DNA of 64,000 nucleotides, taken from positions 154,138 through 218,137 of the forward strand of contig CBDCLE010000012.1 in the NCBI GenBank assembly GCA_965218585.1. Direction: 5' to 3'. This document shows, one piece after another, positions 21,761 through 31,890 of this stretch; position 1 is the first letter of the stretch; each line of letters starts with the position of its first letter. The position numbers were made by a program, and so were the translations under genes. Below the pieces are notes generated by a model. It was not told the origin of the DNA. It did no database searches and saw nothing but the letters and a program-made list of their open reading frames with translations. This stretch comes from Terriglobia bacterium. GTDB taxonomy: Bacteria > Acidobacteriota > Terriglobia > 20CM-2-55-15.

Positions 21761-21786
21761 TAACTTTTTACAGCTGGGGGCGTCAA
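21761..21786 (+). promoter_or_regulatory. Putative autoregulatory ECF promoter
   Basis: TAAC-N16-CGTC just upstream of the ECF sigma ATG. Confidence 0.55.
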
Positions 21787-21796
21787 AACCCCTGAA

Positions 21797-22420
21797 ATGG
21801 ACACGATTACGTTGAAACGGGCTCCCAAGACAGAAGCCGAAACCCAGGAAGAGCGGTTACTGGTCGAACAGGCTCAAGCGGGCGATCGGGAAGCCTTTGA
21901 ACAATTGGTTTACCGCCATGATCGTGATATTTTGCGCCTTGCATTTCACATGCTTGGCAACCGCGAAGAGGCGCGGGAAGTCTTTCAGGACACATTTCTG
22001 AAAGCTTACCGCTCGCTCGGGCGATTTCGGTCCGAGTCCAGCTTCTACACGTGGATCTATCGGATCGCAACGAACGTTGCTCTGGATCGTCTCCGCAAAC
22101 GGCAGACGCTGCGCGAGGAGATATCCTACGAGGCCGACACCGAAGCACATCCGGATCGGCCGGCATTGAAAGATACGCTCGAGGAGAAGAGCTACTACAG
22201 CAATCCCGAACGGCGTCTCTACGGCCGGGAAGTCGGCGAACGGATCCAGGAAGCATTGGGAACATTATCAGAAAAGGAACGCCTGGTTTTTGAGTTGCGG
22301 CATTATCAGGGCTTGAGACTGCGGATGATCGGTGAAATCATGGGCAGCACCGAAGAGACCGCGAAAAATTATCTCTTCCGGGCCACTCAAAAGTTGAGAG
22401 CTCATCTGACCGAGATATAA
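21797..22420 (+). CDS. ECF sigma factor
   Basis: GDREAFEQLV, EVFQDTFLKAY, TWIYRIATN, region-4 HTH. Confidence 0.92.
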   Translation: MDTITLKRAPKTEAETQEERLLVEQAQAGDREAFEQLVYRHDRDILRLAFHMLGNREEAREVFQDTFLKAYRSLGRFRSESSFYTWIYRIATNVALDRLRKRQTLREEISYEADTEAHPDRPALKDTLEEKSYYSNPERRLYGREVGERIQEALGTLSEKERLVFELRHYQGLRLRMIGEIMGSTEETAKNYLFRATQKLRAHLTEI

Positions 22421-22442
22421 TGTTGCCCATCGAAAAAACACT

Positions 22443-23360
22443 ATGAACTGTCGAGAGCGCCAACACGACATCGTCCTGTTTCTTTACGACGAATTAGGGA
22501 TCGATAGTCGAAACGAACTGCGCACCCACATGGACACATGTGCCGAGTGCCTCCAATTCCACGAGAATGAAAAACAGGTCCACCTTCGCCTGACTGAGGA
22601 TTTTTCCGAATGGGAAGTCCCAGCGGATCTGCTAATGGAATCCCGGCGAAGTCTGTCGGACGAGCTGGACCGGATCGAAGAGAAACGGTGGCGTTGGCGG
22701 ATGCCGGCCCTCGTTCCCTCCTTCCTGAGGATCCGCTTGCTGGAATCTGCCACGCTCGTATCGATTGGATTGGCCCTGGGCGTTTATATGATGAACGAAA
22801 GGCCACTCCCCGCCGAACAGAACCAAGTCGCCATGATCCCCACCGCAATTCCCGAAGGTGCTACTGTTTCGAACCTGAGAATTACCGACGCCGATCCGGC
22901 AACCGGACGGGTGCAACTGGCCGGAGATGTCGTGCAGCCGATAGAACTCCAGGGGAATGTCGAAGATCCCAACGTGCGAGATCTGTTGTTCAGCGCCTTG
23001 CGTGCCGAGGGGAACCCCGGTGCCCGGCTTCGGGCGACCGAACTCCTGTCTACGAACCCGCGGGATCCCAGCGTGAAAGAAATTCTGATCGGCGTTCTCT
23101 TGAGTGATGACAACATTGGCGTGCGGCTCCAGGCATTGGAAGGGTTGCAGTCTTTCGCGGACCAGGATGACGTTCGCCAGGCTCTGATTTATTCTCTCGA
23201 AAACGATCAGAATCCGGGCATGCGAGTCAAAGCCATCGAAGCCCTGACTCCTTTGACGGCGGATGAAGCGATGGAAGGGATCGTTCAGGAAGCTATTCGA
23301 GACGATCCGAACGCCTACGTCACGATGCGGGCGTTGCAGTTTGTAGGAACCGGAAATTGA
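22443..23360 (+). CDS. Anti-sigma factor (zf-HC2, one TM, C-terminal HEAT repeats)
   Basis: HMDTCAEC, TM segment, repeated D.N.G.R..A. Confidence 0.8.
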   Translation: MNCRERQHDIVLFLYDELGIDSRNELRTHMDTCAECLQFHENEKQVHLRLTEDFSEWEVPADLLMESRRSLSDELDRIEEKRWRWRMPALVPSFLRIRLLESATLVSIGLALGVYMMNERPLPAEQNQVAMIPTAIPEGATVSNLRITDADPATGRVQLAGDVVQPIELQGNVEDPNVRDLLFSALRAEGNPGARLRATELLSTNPRDPSVKEILIGVLLSDDNIGVRLQALEGLQSFADQDDVRQALIYSLENDQNPGMRVKAIEALTPLTADEAMEGIVQEAIRDDPNAYVTMRALQFVGTGN

Positions 23361-24502
23361 TGAAGAAGGATTTGATGTCGATGTCCAAACGCGGTAGCTG
23401 GACTTTCGTCACGATCCTCGTTCTCCAATCCGTAGCTCTCGCCCAATGTCCCATTCCATCCAACGGTGCCGTATTTGTAAGAATCCCTGTGGGAAATATC
23501 GTTGTGGACACGTCGGGTAGCGAAATCGTCTCAGCCCAGGTGTCGAATCCCGCCATAGAGGTCCAGGAAGCGTGTTTCGAAGATCACGTTGAGATCAGCG
23601 GTATTGCACCGGAGCGTGTATATGGTCCGGTCGATTGGGAAATTCAGGTCCCCAGTTCTGCGCGACTAGATCTGGTCACGCATGCAGGTTCGATTCGAAT
23701 TGCCAACACAGACGGTAGCGTTACAGCCCGGACAACGGGCGGATCTGTAATCGTCGGAGATATCGGCGGCGATGCGGCAATGGTCACCCAGGGCGGATCC
23801 ATTCTTGTGGGAAACATCGACGGCAACGCGGAACTGCGGAGCCTGGGTGGAGAAATCAGGATGGGGAACGTGACTGGTAACGCCGAACTCCAGACGATGG
23901 GCGGTCCTATTACGACAGGAACCGTATCGGGACAGGTTCGAGCCGAAACGGCAGGCGGAACGATCAGCATTCAGGAAAGCCAGGGGGAACTGGTCGCCCT
24001 CACTCTGGCGGGTGACATTCTGATTGGCACAGCCGGACGCACAACGGTTCAGACAGCCGGTGGCAATATCATCGGGCTGGTGATCCGCGGACCGTTCCAG
24101 GGTTCGACAGATATAGGAAATATCCGCCTCGAAAGAGCCGAGTCTTCGATCGAAGCAAGAACGGGAATCGGAAACATCGAGGCCCAGCTCATACCGTTGT
24201 CGCTGGACGGGGACCTCCATGTCACGCTCGATACGAACTCCGGTAACATCCGGCTTGTGATCCCGGATAACCTGCCGGCCGATGTAGAAGCCCGGGTGGA
24301 TAGTCGCGTCGGCAACGGGCAGAACATCCGTTCCAACTTTCCGTTGGAACGAGTCAGCTCCAGACCTAACCTCCCTCCGTTTTTCCCACAGGCATTTACG
24401 GTTGCACCAATCCGCTCCGAGACGACGTTGAACGGTGGCGGCAACCGCATTCAGATCCATGCCACACGGGGATCCATCGAAATCCTCCGCGCCCCCCGCT
24501 AA
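23357..24502 (+). CDS. Secreted DUF4097 beta-strand repeat protein
   Basis: Signal peptide; many T.GG.I.(V/I)G.I.G repeats. Confidence 0.8.
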   Translation: MMKKDLMSMSKRGSWTFVTILVLQSVALAQCPIPSNGAVFVRIPVGNIVVDTSGSEIVSAQVSNPAIEVQEACFEDHVEISGIAPERVYGPVDWEIQVPSSARLDLVTHAGSIRIANTDGSVTARTTGGSVIVGDIGGDAAMVTQGGSILVGNIDGNAELRSLGGEIRMGNVTGNAELQTMGGPITTGTVSGQVRAETAGGTISIQESQGELVALTLAGDILIGTAGRTTVQTAGGNIIGLVIRGPFQGSTDIGNIRLERAESSIEARTGIGNIEAQLIPLSLDGDLHVTLDTNSGNIRLVIPDNLPADVEARVDSRVGNGQNIRSNFPLERVSSRPNLPPFFPQAFTVAPIRSETTLNGGGNRIQIHATRGSIEILRAPR

Positions 24503-24528
24503 GTTCCCTCAGCAAAGCTAAGAATTTC

Positions 24529-24661
24529 AACGCAGAGGCGCAGAGACGCAGTGGATCTTAGGCTCTGTAGATTCCGCGTGTCCTAACATTTAGGGGTTCC
24601 CAATGAAGAACGAATGCAGACAGCATATTCTTCTTTCTCTGCGCCTCTGCGCCTCTGCGTT
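24529..24661. repeat. Intergenic palindromic repeat, CGCAGAG family
   Basis: aacgcagaggcgcagagacgcag ... ctctgcgcctctgcgcctctgcgtt between convergent genes. Confidence 0.85.
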
Positions 24662-24677
24662 AATGTCCTGTCTTCTC

Positions 24678-27398
24678 TTAGTTCTGTCCGCGGAGGACAA
24701 CGATCTTGGCTAAAGATGGGCTGAGGTAGCGGATGGCCACGGAGCGGACCTGGTCACGGGTCACTTCGCGGATCGCCTCACTGAAATCGGTCACACCGGT
24801 CATGCCTTCACCGGCGATGATCTCACGCGCGAGGGCAAGAGTTCGGCCACGACGGGTCTGGAGTCTTGTCTCGTGGATCCCCACCGAGTAATTGATTGCA
24901 CGTTCCAGTTCTTCATCGGTTATTCCCTCTTCGACCAGGCGGGTCATTTCTTCTTCTAAGGAAGCACGGACCTGCTGCTCGTTCTCAGGTGAAAAAGCGG
25001 TGTAGGCAAAGAACGCACCTGAGCGGCTGAGGAAATTATCAAGAACACGAACGGTATAGGCCAACCCTTGTTCCTCGCGGATCGTTTCGAACAGCCGTCC
25101 ACCCAGACCCGATAAAACGTTTTCGATCACGATCAGGGGAAGATGATCCCTGTGGGATAACTGAGGTCCGATCGTGCCGAATACCAAAGCGCTTTGCCGT
25201 CGGTCGGCTGTTTCGACGCGCTCCTCTCTCTCCAGTGAAGGTGTGGGTACCGGCAAACGCGAGATATTGCGCTCGAACAGATCCTCGTTGGTCAGCGTCT
25301 CGGCAATAGAGGCCACCAGGCCAGTTCCGTTGGTGTCACCAACGATGACGATCAACGGGACAACTGTCCGTTGATGCAGGCGATGCCATGCGCCGAGATC
25401 GTCAGGCGTGATCTCTCCCAGGGACGACTCGGTCCCAACCGCGGGACGCGCGTAGGAATGGCCGTCGAACGCGGTCTCCATAAACAGCTGAACAGGGTAC
25501 CGCAGAGTGTCTTCCCGGAGTCGGGAAATACGTGCCTCCTGCAGCACACGTTCCTGCCGAACCCGATCTTCTGGAAACGTAGGATCCTGCAACACCTCCA
25601 TCAGAATCTCCAGCGCCTCATCGATCTGGCCACTCACTCCATCGAGGAGGTAACCGAAGAAATCGGGCTCGTTGACTACCTCGATCCGGGCGCCGGCATT
25701 CTCGAGCCGACGTGAAATGTCTGCAGTGTTGTATCTGCGTGTACCACGGAGCGCACTCCGAAGCATCAGCTCCGTAATTCCAGCATTGCTGTCCGATTCG
25801 AAAAGGCGCCCCCCCGGAAAGAAGATCCCAAACGAAACCAGAGGCAATCGATGATCCTCAAGAACGTAAACTTCGGGCCCCCTGAGAATCTGACGGCGCA
25901 GGGGTGGACGGACAAGGTCGAGCACGACTTCATCGTTGGACGAAGGAACCGTCGCGGAAACGGGAAGCTCCTCGACGCTTCTCTGAACGATGTCAACAGG
26001 AACCCTGTCGAGGACGTTCGCGCTGAAATCGTCATTTGAAAAAGACCGCGCTACAGAAGTCGGAAGGTACTCAAACACGCTCAGGTTGGTCCGCGTCAGG
26101 TACCGCCGTGCGACCCTCTGAACGTCGTCCGCGCTGACAGCTCCGATGCCGTCCAGATACCGATCCATCCGTCTCCAGTCGCCGAGCACTTCCTGTCGGG
26201 CCATTTCGTCGGCAAGAGATTCGACGGTCTCCAGCCTGTGGTAGTACTGCTGGGCGATCAAGGTCTTGGCCCGCATCAACTCCTCTTCGAGAACTCCAAA
26301 TCGCTGGATCCGATCGAACTCCTCGAGCGCGGCGACCTGGGCATCCAGGGGCGTGGATGTTTCCAACGTCAACTGGAAGTAGCCGAGCCCTTCGAAGCCG
26401 ACAAAGCCGGACCCCGCACTATGGATCACTCCGAGTTCGTCACGCAGAAACTGGTTCATTCGGGACGCGCGTCCCGCGGTCAGGATGCCTGAAAGAACGT
26501 CCAACACGTACGCGTCGTCAGAGAGTCGGTCCGGAACGTGGAATCCCAGCGCAACCTGAGAACGCTCTATCGGTCCACGTTCCCAGTTGTATCGGAATGC
26601 AGATTGTGAAGGTTCCTCCGGCCCACGATCACGCTCTACGGGCATGTCGGGCGCGGATCCATAAAACCGGACAATCTCCTCGAGAATGTCCTCACGATCG
26701 AACTGCCCGACGACTGCAAGGACGATGTTGGACGGCTGATAGTAGCTCTGGTAGAAACCGAGGAGGTCGTCCCGGGTCAGGGCACGGAGTCCTTCCGGAG
26801 AACCGATCCTCCAGCGGCGCATACGGTGTTCTTCAAATGCTGTCGCGTACAACCGCTCCACAGCTACGGCTGGAGGGTTGTCCAGCTTCCGGTTGTTCTC
26901 CTGGAGGATGACTTCGATCTCCCGTCGAAGTGCTCCTGAATTGAAAATGGGATTAAAGAGCGCGTCGGACTGGATGTCCATTGCCTGCACTGAGTTTTCA
27001 GCCGGAACAACCGCGTGATACACCGTGCGTTCGTAGTTGGTGTAAGCATTCAGCGATCCGCCCAGTGCCTTCGTCTCTGCTGCGATCTGCCCGACACCGC
27101 GCCTTTCGGTGCCTTTAAAAAACATGTGTTCGACAACATGGGCGATCCCCGAAAGACCGTCGGGTTCGTCAAAGTAGCCTACCCTGACGTGAGTCGTAAT
27201 CGTTGTCAGAGGAATGGCGTTGTTCTCTCGAACGAGAACGGTCAGCCCGTTCTTGAGTATGACTTTGGTCGACTGTCCGGAATCTTCTCTCAGAATAAAT
27301 GGCCCCACAATTTCTCCCCCCACGTTCACATCAGCATCCGGGTCGGGTAATTGAGGAATAGGGATGATCTGAAGGAAAAGAAGGAAAAACAGCGACAT
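24678..27398 (-). CDS. M16 (pitrilysin-family) zinc peptidase, two-module
   Basis: GIAHVVEHMFFKGT (HxxEH), RLFETIREEQGLAY. Confidence 0.92.
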   Translation of the reverse strand: MSLFFLLFLQIIPIPQLPDPDADVNVGGEIVGPFILREDSGQSTKVILKNGLTVLVRENNAIPLTTITTHVRVGYFDEPDGLSGIAHVVEHMFFKGTERRGVGQIAAETKALGGSLNAYTNYERTVYHAVVPAENSVQAMDIQSDALFNPIFNSGALRREIEVILQENNRKLDNPPAVAVERLYATAFEEHRMRRWRIGSPEGLRALTRDDLLGFYQSYYQPSNIVLAVVGQFDREDILEEIVRFYGSAPDMPVERDRGPEEPSQSAFRYNWERGPIERSQVALGFHVPDRLSDDAYVLDVLSGILTAGRASRMNQFLRDELGVIHSAGSGFVGFEGLGYFQLTLETSTPLDAQVAALEEFDRIQRFGVLEEELMRAKTLIAQQYYHRLETVESLADEMARQEVLGDWRRMDRYLDGIGAVSADDVQRVARRYLTRTNLSVFEYLPTSVARSFSNDDFSANVLDRVPVDIVQRSVEELPVSATVPSSNDEVVLDLVRPPLRRQILRGPEVYVLEDHRLPLVSFGIFFPGGRLFESDSNAGITELMLRSALRGTRRYNTADISRRLENAGARIEVVNEPDFFGYLLDGVSGQIDEALEILMEVLQDPTFPEDRVRQERVLQEARISRLREDTLRYPVQLFMETAFDGHSYARPAVGTESSLGEITPDDLGAWHRLHQRTVVPLIVIVGDTNGTGLVASIAETLTNEDLFERNISRLPVPTPSLEREERVETADRRQSALVFGTIGPQLSHRDHLPLIVIENVLSGLGGRLFETIREEQGLAYTVRVLDNFLSRSGAFFAYTAFSPENEQQVRASLEEEMTRLVEEGITDEELERAINYSVGIHETRLQTRRGRTLALAREIIAGEGMTGVTDFSEAIREVTRDQVRSVAIRYLSPSLAKIVVLRGQN

Positions 27399-27455
27399 GC
27401 CAATATTTTACCTTACAGCTTCACGAATGGGAGCGTAACCGGAAACCAAAGGATC

Positions 27456-27536
27456 AACCGCAAAGGCGCTAAGGCGCAAAGCTTTATATAGGCCGCACTT
27501 GCTATCTTCCCTTCGCGTCTTCGCGTCTTTGCGGTT
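27456..27536. repeat. Palindromic repeat, CGCAAAG/CGCGAAG family, overlapping the tsaE 3' end
   Basis: aaccgcaaaggcgctaaggcgcaaag ... cttcgcgtcttcgcgtctttgcggtt. Confidence 0.8.
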
Positions 27537-27966
27537 CATCTTCTGCCGATCTGACCTCAATCTGACGGGTGTGTTCGTCGACATAGGTAAGTGAAATGTG
27601 TGTGGCTTGAGGTGGGGTGAAATCACCCAGGCGGTCGGCCCATTCGACCACGGCCACGGCTGCAGCGTCCTCCAGAATCTCGTCCAATCCAAGGTCGTAC
27701 AGGTCCCGGGAGGCGACGCGATAGAGATCGATGTGATAGATGGGAACCCTCCCATGATAACGATTGACCAGGGTAAAGGTCGGGCTTGAGACCTCATCGA
27801 CGTCGTCCAAACCAAACCCAGCTGCCAATCCCTTCGTGAAGGTCGTCTTCCCTGCACCGAGTTCGCCAAACAACAGAACGTGTGAGGGCACGTCAAGAGA
27901 TTCGGCCAACTTCCGTGCAAACTCGAACGTCTGGCCTTCCGACTGTGAGAGGAAATTTGATCCCAT
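27502..27966 (-). CDS. tsaE: tRNA threonylcarbamoyladenosine biosynthesis ATPase TsaE
   Basis: GELGAGKTTF, VSSPTFTL, YHIDLYR, VEWADRL. Confidence 0.95.
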   Translation of the reverse strand: MGSNFLSQSEGQTFEFARKLAESLDVPSHVLLFGELGAGKTTFTKGLAAGFGLDDVDEVSSPTFTLVNRYHGRVPIYHIDLYRVASRDLYDLGLDEILEDAAAVAVVEWADRLGDFTPPQATHISLTYVDEHTRQIEVRSAEDEPQRREDAKGR

Positions 27967-27977
27967 AAAATTTATTG

Positions 27978-28118
27978 ACCGCAAAGGCTCGAAGTCGCAA
28001 AGGAAGAAAAACGAAAGTAGGTAAAATACGTCTAGGTCGACCAGACTTGGCCGGGCTAGAAAAACAAACAGCAGCCTGGGTTTTCTTCTTAGTCTTTGCG
28101 CCTTTGCGCCTTCGCGGT
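27978..28118. repeat. Intergenic palindromic repeat, CGCAAAG family
   Basis: accgcaaaggctcgaagtcgcaaag ... ctttgcgcctttgcgccttcgcggt. Confidence 0.8.
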
Positions 28119-28126
28119 AAAAACTC

Positions 28127-29692
28127 TTACTCCCCGCGGAGTTCGGCCCATGCCTCGGACAGGAATTCGATCAGGTCGGTCGCGACAAGAGTCTCCTCGC
28201 CGAGTTCCGACACAGCGACGTCTCCAGCCAACCCGTGGAGATAAACCGCCAGGCACAAACGCTCTTCAAACGTACCCAGATGAGGCTGCCCCAAGATACC
28301 TGCGATCATGCCGGTCAGGACATCACCGCTGCCTGCCGTCGCCATGCCTGGGTTTCCCGTTGAATTTACGTAAACCCTTCCATCCGGACAGGCGATCACG
28401 GTCCGGAAGCCTTTCAAGACGACGTAAACGTTCTGCTGTTTTGCAAACTCGCCGGCAACTGACAAACGGTTTCTCGACACGTCAGCAGTCGAGCGATCCA
28501 GGAGTCGGGCCATCTCACCTGGATGAGGCGTGATGACGATCGGATTATCTACTCCGTGCAATTTGTCGACACGACCCACGAAGGCGTTCAATCCGTCTGC
28601 GTCCAGAACCAGCGGCACCTCGACCCGGCTGACGACTTCACCGATCAACTCGTCCGTCTCCGGATGGCGTCCGATGCCCGGACCCAGGGCAACCAGAGAC
28701 TTATCTTCGATCAGTTCTTCGATTCGGCCGTCGTTCAGTGCCGAAAGCGTTCCTGTGTCCGTTTCGGGAAGCGGTTCAGTCATGATCTCGGGCATGTACC
28801 CGGCAACGATCCCCAACACACTTTCGGGCACACCCACTGTGACCAGACCCGCACCGGCTACCAGTGCAGCATGTCCGGCCATCGCAGCCGCGCCGGTCTT
28901 TCCACGTGAGCCCCCGATGATCAGGATCTTCCCGTAGTCGCCCTTGTGCGAGTCTTCTTCACGACTCCAGAGCGCCTCGGGAAAACTGTCGTCCAGCAGC
29001 AGTTCAACCTTGTGTGCGTCGGATTCCAGCAGTTCATGGGGATTGCCGATATCGGCGATGACAACTTCACCTGCCGCCTGATTGGCGGGCGGGAAAACAA
29101 GACAGAACTTGGCTGCGGATAGAGTGACCGTGAGATCAGCCTGCACGACCGGTCCTTCCAGGTCCCCGGCGTCGGCCCCGCAGCCTGAAGGCACATCGAT
29201 CGACACGACCATCGCCTGTGGGAAATCTTCGTCCAACGACTGAACTACCTCTCCCAGAAAACCCTCGACCGGTTTGGAAAGCCCCGTTCCGAGCAGCCCG
29301 TCCACAACGATCTCCACGTCGCCAAGCGCAAGCCTTTCGCGATCCCAATCCTCGCGATTTCTGATGACGACGGGTGGATGTCCGATGGACGTCAGAATAT
29401 CCAGGTTCACCCGCGCGTCGCCGCCGACAGCATCGGTTTCTGCAAATAAGAACACCGAGGGAAAGCAATCCCGCCCGATCAACTGCCGGGCGACTACGAA
29501 GCCGTCTCCGCCGTTATTTCCCTTCCCGCAGAGTATGACAACCGAACTGGTATCGAGGTCTTCGACACGCGCACCCATCGCCTCGACCACACGCATCCCG
29601 GCGTTTTCCATGAGCGTGATGCTCGGAATGTTAAAGGCCTTACTGGACGTACGGTCAACCTGGCGGATTTCTTCTGCGGTGAGGATCTTCAT
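28127..29692 (-). CDS. nnr: Bifunctional NAD(P)HX epimerase/dehydratase
   Basis: LMENAG, GKGNNGGDG, DVPSG, SHKGDYG, TPHPGEM, ATAGSGDVLTG. Confidence 0.95.
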   Translation of the reverse strand: MKILTAEEIRQVDRTSSKAFNIPSITLMENAGMRVVEAMGARVEDLDTSSVVILCGKGNNGGDGFVVARQLIGRDCFPSVFLFAETDAVGGDARVNLDILTSIGHPPVVIRNREDWDRERLALGDVEIVVDGLLGTGLSKPVEGFLGEVVQSLDEDFPQAMVVSIDVPSGCGADAGDLEGPVVQADLTVTLSAAKFCLVFPPANQAAGEVVIADIGNPHELLESDAHKVELLLDDSFPEALWSREEDSHKGDYGKILIIGGSRGKTGAAAMAGHAALVAGAGLVTVGVPESVLGIVAGYMPEIMTEPLPETDTGTLSALNDGRIEELIEDKSLVALGPGIGRHPETDELIGEVVSRVEVPLVLDADGLNAFVGRVDKLHGVDNPIVITPHPGEMARLLDRSTADVSRNRLSVAGEFAKQQNVYVVLKGFRTVIACPDGRVYVNSTGNPGMATAGSGDVLTGMIAGILGQPHLGTFEERLCLAVYLHGLAGDVAVSELGEETLVATDLIEFLSEAWAELRGE

Positions 29693-29709
29693 GGGAAGGA
29701 GGGAAAGGG

Positions 29710-29794
29710 AAATGGGGTCAGAGTCCTATTTCCTTATTTAACAGATGAAATACCTGTAACGCAAAATTGGGGAAATAGGGCTCTGACCCCATTT
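29710..29794. repeat. 24-bp inverted repeat (REP-like AAATGGGGTCAGAG..CTATTTCC)
   Basis: aaatggggtcagagtcctatttcc ... ggaaatagggctctgaccccattt, 1 mismatch. Confidence 0.8.
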
Positions 29795-29796
29795 AA

Positions 29797-30351
29797 TCAG
29801 TCGCCGCTAACGACCTCGGCCATCTCACCCAGTAACGCCTCGACGGGTATCAATCCGCCGGTTACGTTCTTCCAGATCAGCGTGCCTTCCTCGTCGATGA
29901 GGAAGTAGTAACGGCTGGCCACGGGAATGTCTCCCCCGGTCGACGCGCCATAACGATCGACGACTTCGAGGCCGGGATCACTCAGGAAATAATTCCGGGC
30001 GCTTACGGTCTCTGCGAATCGCTGCTGTGCCGGCTGGAGATCTCTGGAAATGCCAACGATCTCGATACCTAAACTCAGGAACTCGTCGTAATTAACACCG
30101 AACTCGGTGAATTCTCGCGTTCAGCCGCCAGTAAATGCGGCCGGGAAAAACGCGATCAAAACCTTGCTCTGACCTCGGAAATTCGCGAGTCCCAGCGTTT
30201 CGTCTCCACGCAGTCCCACCGGGCGTTCGAAGTCTGGTGCAGGCTCTCCCACCTCGGGCGTGTTATCCCCTCCAGGCGCCTGCAACTGTCCAAAAGCCAA
30301 CGCACCGGAGAACACCATCAAGACGGGTAGAAGTAAGGCAACCTTCATCAT
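29797..30351 (-). CDS. Exported AhpC/TSA-family peroxiredoxin, predicted selenoprotein (Sec at codon 77, TGA 30121-30123), 184 aa
   Basis: GAGGAGG RBS, signal peptide, VGEPAPDF, FFPAAFTGG-UGA-TREF (PxxxTxxU); frame stays open 107 more codons with IVGISRD, FLSDPG, RYYFLIDEEG. Confidence 0.85.
30090..30113 (-). promoter_or_regulatory. Bacterial SECIS-like hairpin
   Basis: mRNA after UGA: ACGCGAG AAUU CACCG AGUU CGGUG UU AAUU; apical loop begins 16 nt after UGA with G at its second position. Confidence 0.7.
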
Positions 30352-30562
30352 CAGTCGTCCTCCTCTATGATCGTAGTGCCGCGTCTTCTCCGGTCTCCCG
30401 GTCGAATCCGTGCACGTAACTCACATCAGATACCGAACCATCATATGCTAAGATTTGCGCTTTACGCAACAAGACTGAATCTGACCTAAAGTATAGTTTT
30501 TTTCAAGCGTTAACCAAGCTGTCGGCGAATATCGACCTTCGCACCGCTCCACCGAACGCGAA

Positions 30563-31777
30563 ATGCCTCTTTCACACGTCAAGGCGCTGGAAGAACAGAG
30601 CCTGCTTCAGACCTACAACCGGTACGATCTGCTGGTAGACCGGGGCAGCGGCCCTTACCTGTTTGACAAGAGCAACAGACGTTATCTCGACCTTCTGGCA
30701 GGGATCGGCGTCAATGCCCTGGGATACAACCATCCTCGAATGCTCCGCGTCCTCCGAAAACAGATCAAGCAGCCCCTGCACATTTCAAACCTGCTGTACC
30801 ACGAACATCAGGGCCGCCTCGCCCAGCGACTGACCGAACTCTCCGGCCTCGATCGGGTCTTCTTTTCCAATAGTGGAACCGAGGCGGTGGAGGGTTGCCT
30901 GAAACTGGCCCGTGCTTATGCGAACTCCAGGGAAGGAGCCGGTCCGGGCAACCGCGTACTTGCCCTCGAGGGCTCCTTTCACGGACGGTCTCTGGGAGCA
31001 CTATCGGCCACACACTCGAGTCGATACCGGACTCCTTTCGAACCCCTGCTCACTGGCTTCGAGTTCGTCCGGTTCGACGACATCGAAGATCTGGACCACC
31101 GTTTCTCAGATGACGTATGCGCTGTAATCCTGGAAGCAATTCAGGGAGAAGGCGGCATCCGTCCGATATCGGAAGAGTTCTATCGTCGGGCGCGAGCACT
31201 CACAGAAGACGCCAAAGCCGTCCTCATCTGTGACGAAGTCCAATGCGGCCTGGGACGTTCAGGGCGCTGGCTCGCACATCACAAGTTTGCCCCGCCCGAC
31301 AGACCCGATTCCCTGCCCGATCTGGTCGCACTCGCGAAACCGCTGGGCGGTGGGCTTCCGCTCGGCGCAGTCTTGATGAAAGAAGAACTCGCCAGAGCAA
31401 TCGAACCGGGTCTCCACGGATCGACCTTCGGAGGGGGACCTTTAGCATGCAAGCTGAGCCTGGAAATGCTGAAGATTTTTGAGGAAGAAAATCTTCTCGG
31501 GCATGTCCAGGAAGTCGGTGCCTACTTCCTCGAGCAACTTAAAGAACTCGAAAGCCTGCCGGTGGTCGAGGAAGTTCGGGGCGAAGGCCTTATGTTGGCC
31601 GTCGCACTGAAAATACAGGCCAAAGAGCTCGTGAAGCAGTTGCTCGACGCCGGCTTCATAACAAACGCGACGAGCGGGAACGTCCTCCGCCTTCTGCCTC
31701 CCCTGATTATCCGGAAGAAACAGATCGACAAGTTCATCAAAGCCCTCCGCCCCCTTCTGGAAACATTGGATGCCTGA
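30563..31777 (+). CDS. argD: Acetylornithine aminotransferase (class III)
   Basis: YLDLLAGIGV, NSGTEAVE, SFHGRS, DEVQCGLGR, LAKPLGGG, HGSTFGG. Confidence 0.88.
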   Translation: MPLSHVKALEEQSLLQTYNRYDLLVDRGSGPYLFDKSNRRYLDLLAGIGVNALGYNHPRMLRVLRKQIKQPLHISNLLYHEHQGRLAQRLTELSGLDRVFFSNSGTEAVEGCLKLARAYANSREGAGPGNRVLALEGSFHGRSLGALSATHSSRYRTPFEPLLTGFEFVRFDDIEDLDHRFSDDVCAVILEAIQGEGGIRPISEEFYRRARALTEDAKAVLICDEVQCGLGRSGRWLAHHKFAPPDRPDSLPDLVALAKPLGGGLPLGAVLMKEELARAIEPGLHGSTFGGGPLACKLSLEMLKIFEEENLLGHVQEVGAYFLEQLKELESLPVVEEVRGEGLMLAVALKIQAKELVKQLLDAGFITNATSGNVLRLLPPLIIRKKQIDKFIKALRPLLETLDA

Positions 31778-31798
31778 ATAAGAACCAGGAACTTTTTC

Positions 31799-31877
31799 AA
31801 CGCAGAGACGCAGAGGACGCAGAGAATTGTTTCCGAAAGATAGCCAAAAAACTTCTGCCTCTCAGCGTCTCTGCTTT
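31799..31877. repeat. Intergenic palindromic repeat, CGCAGAG family (degenerate right arm)
   Basis: aacgcagagacgcagaggacgcagag ... ttctgcctctcagcgtctctgct. Confidence 0.75.
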
Positions 31878-31890
31878 GATTCTTAGATCT

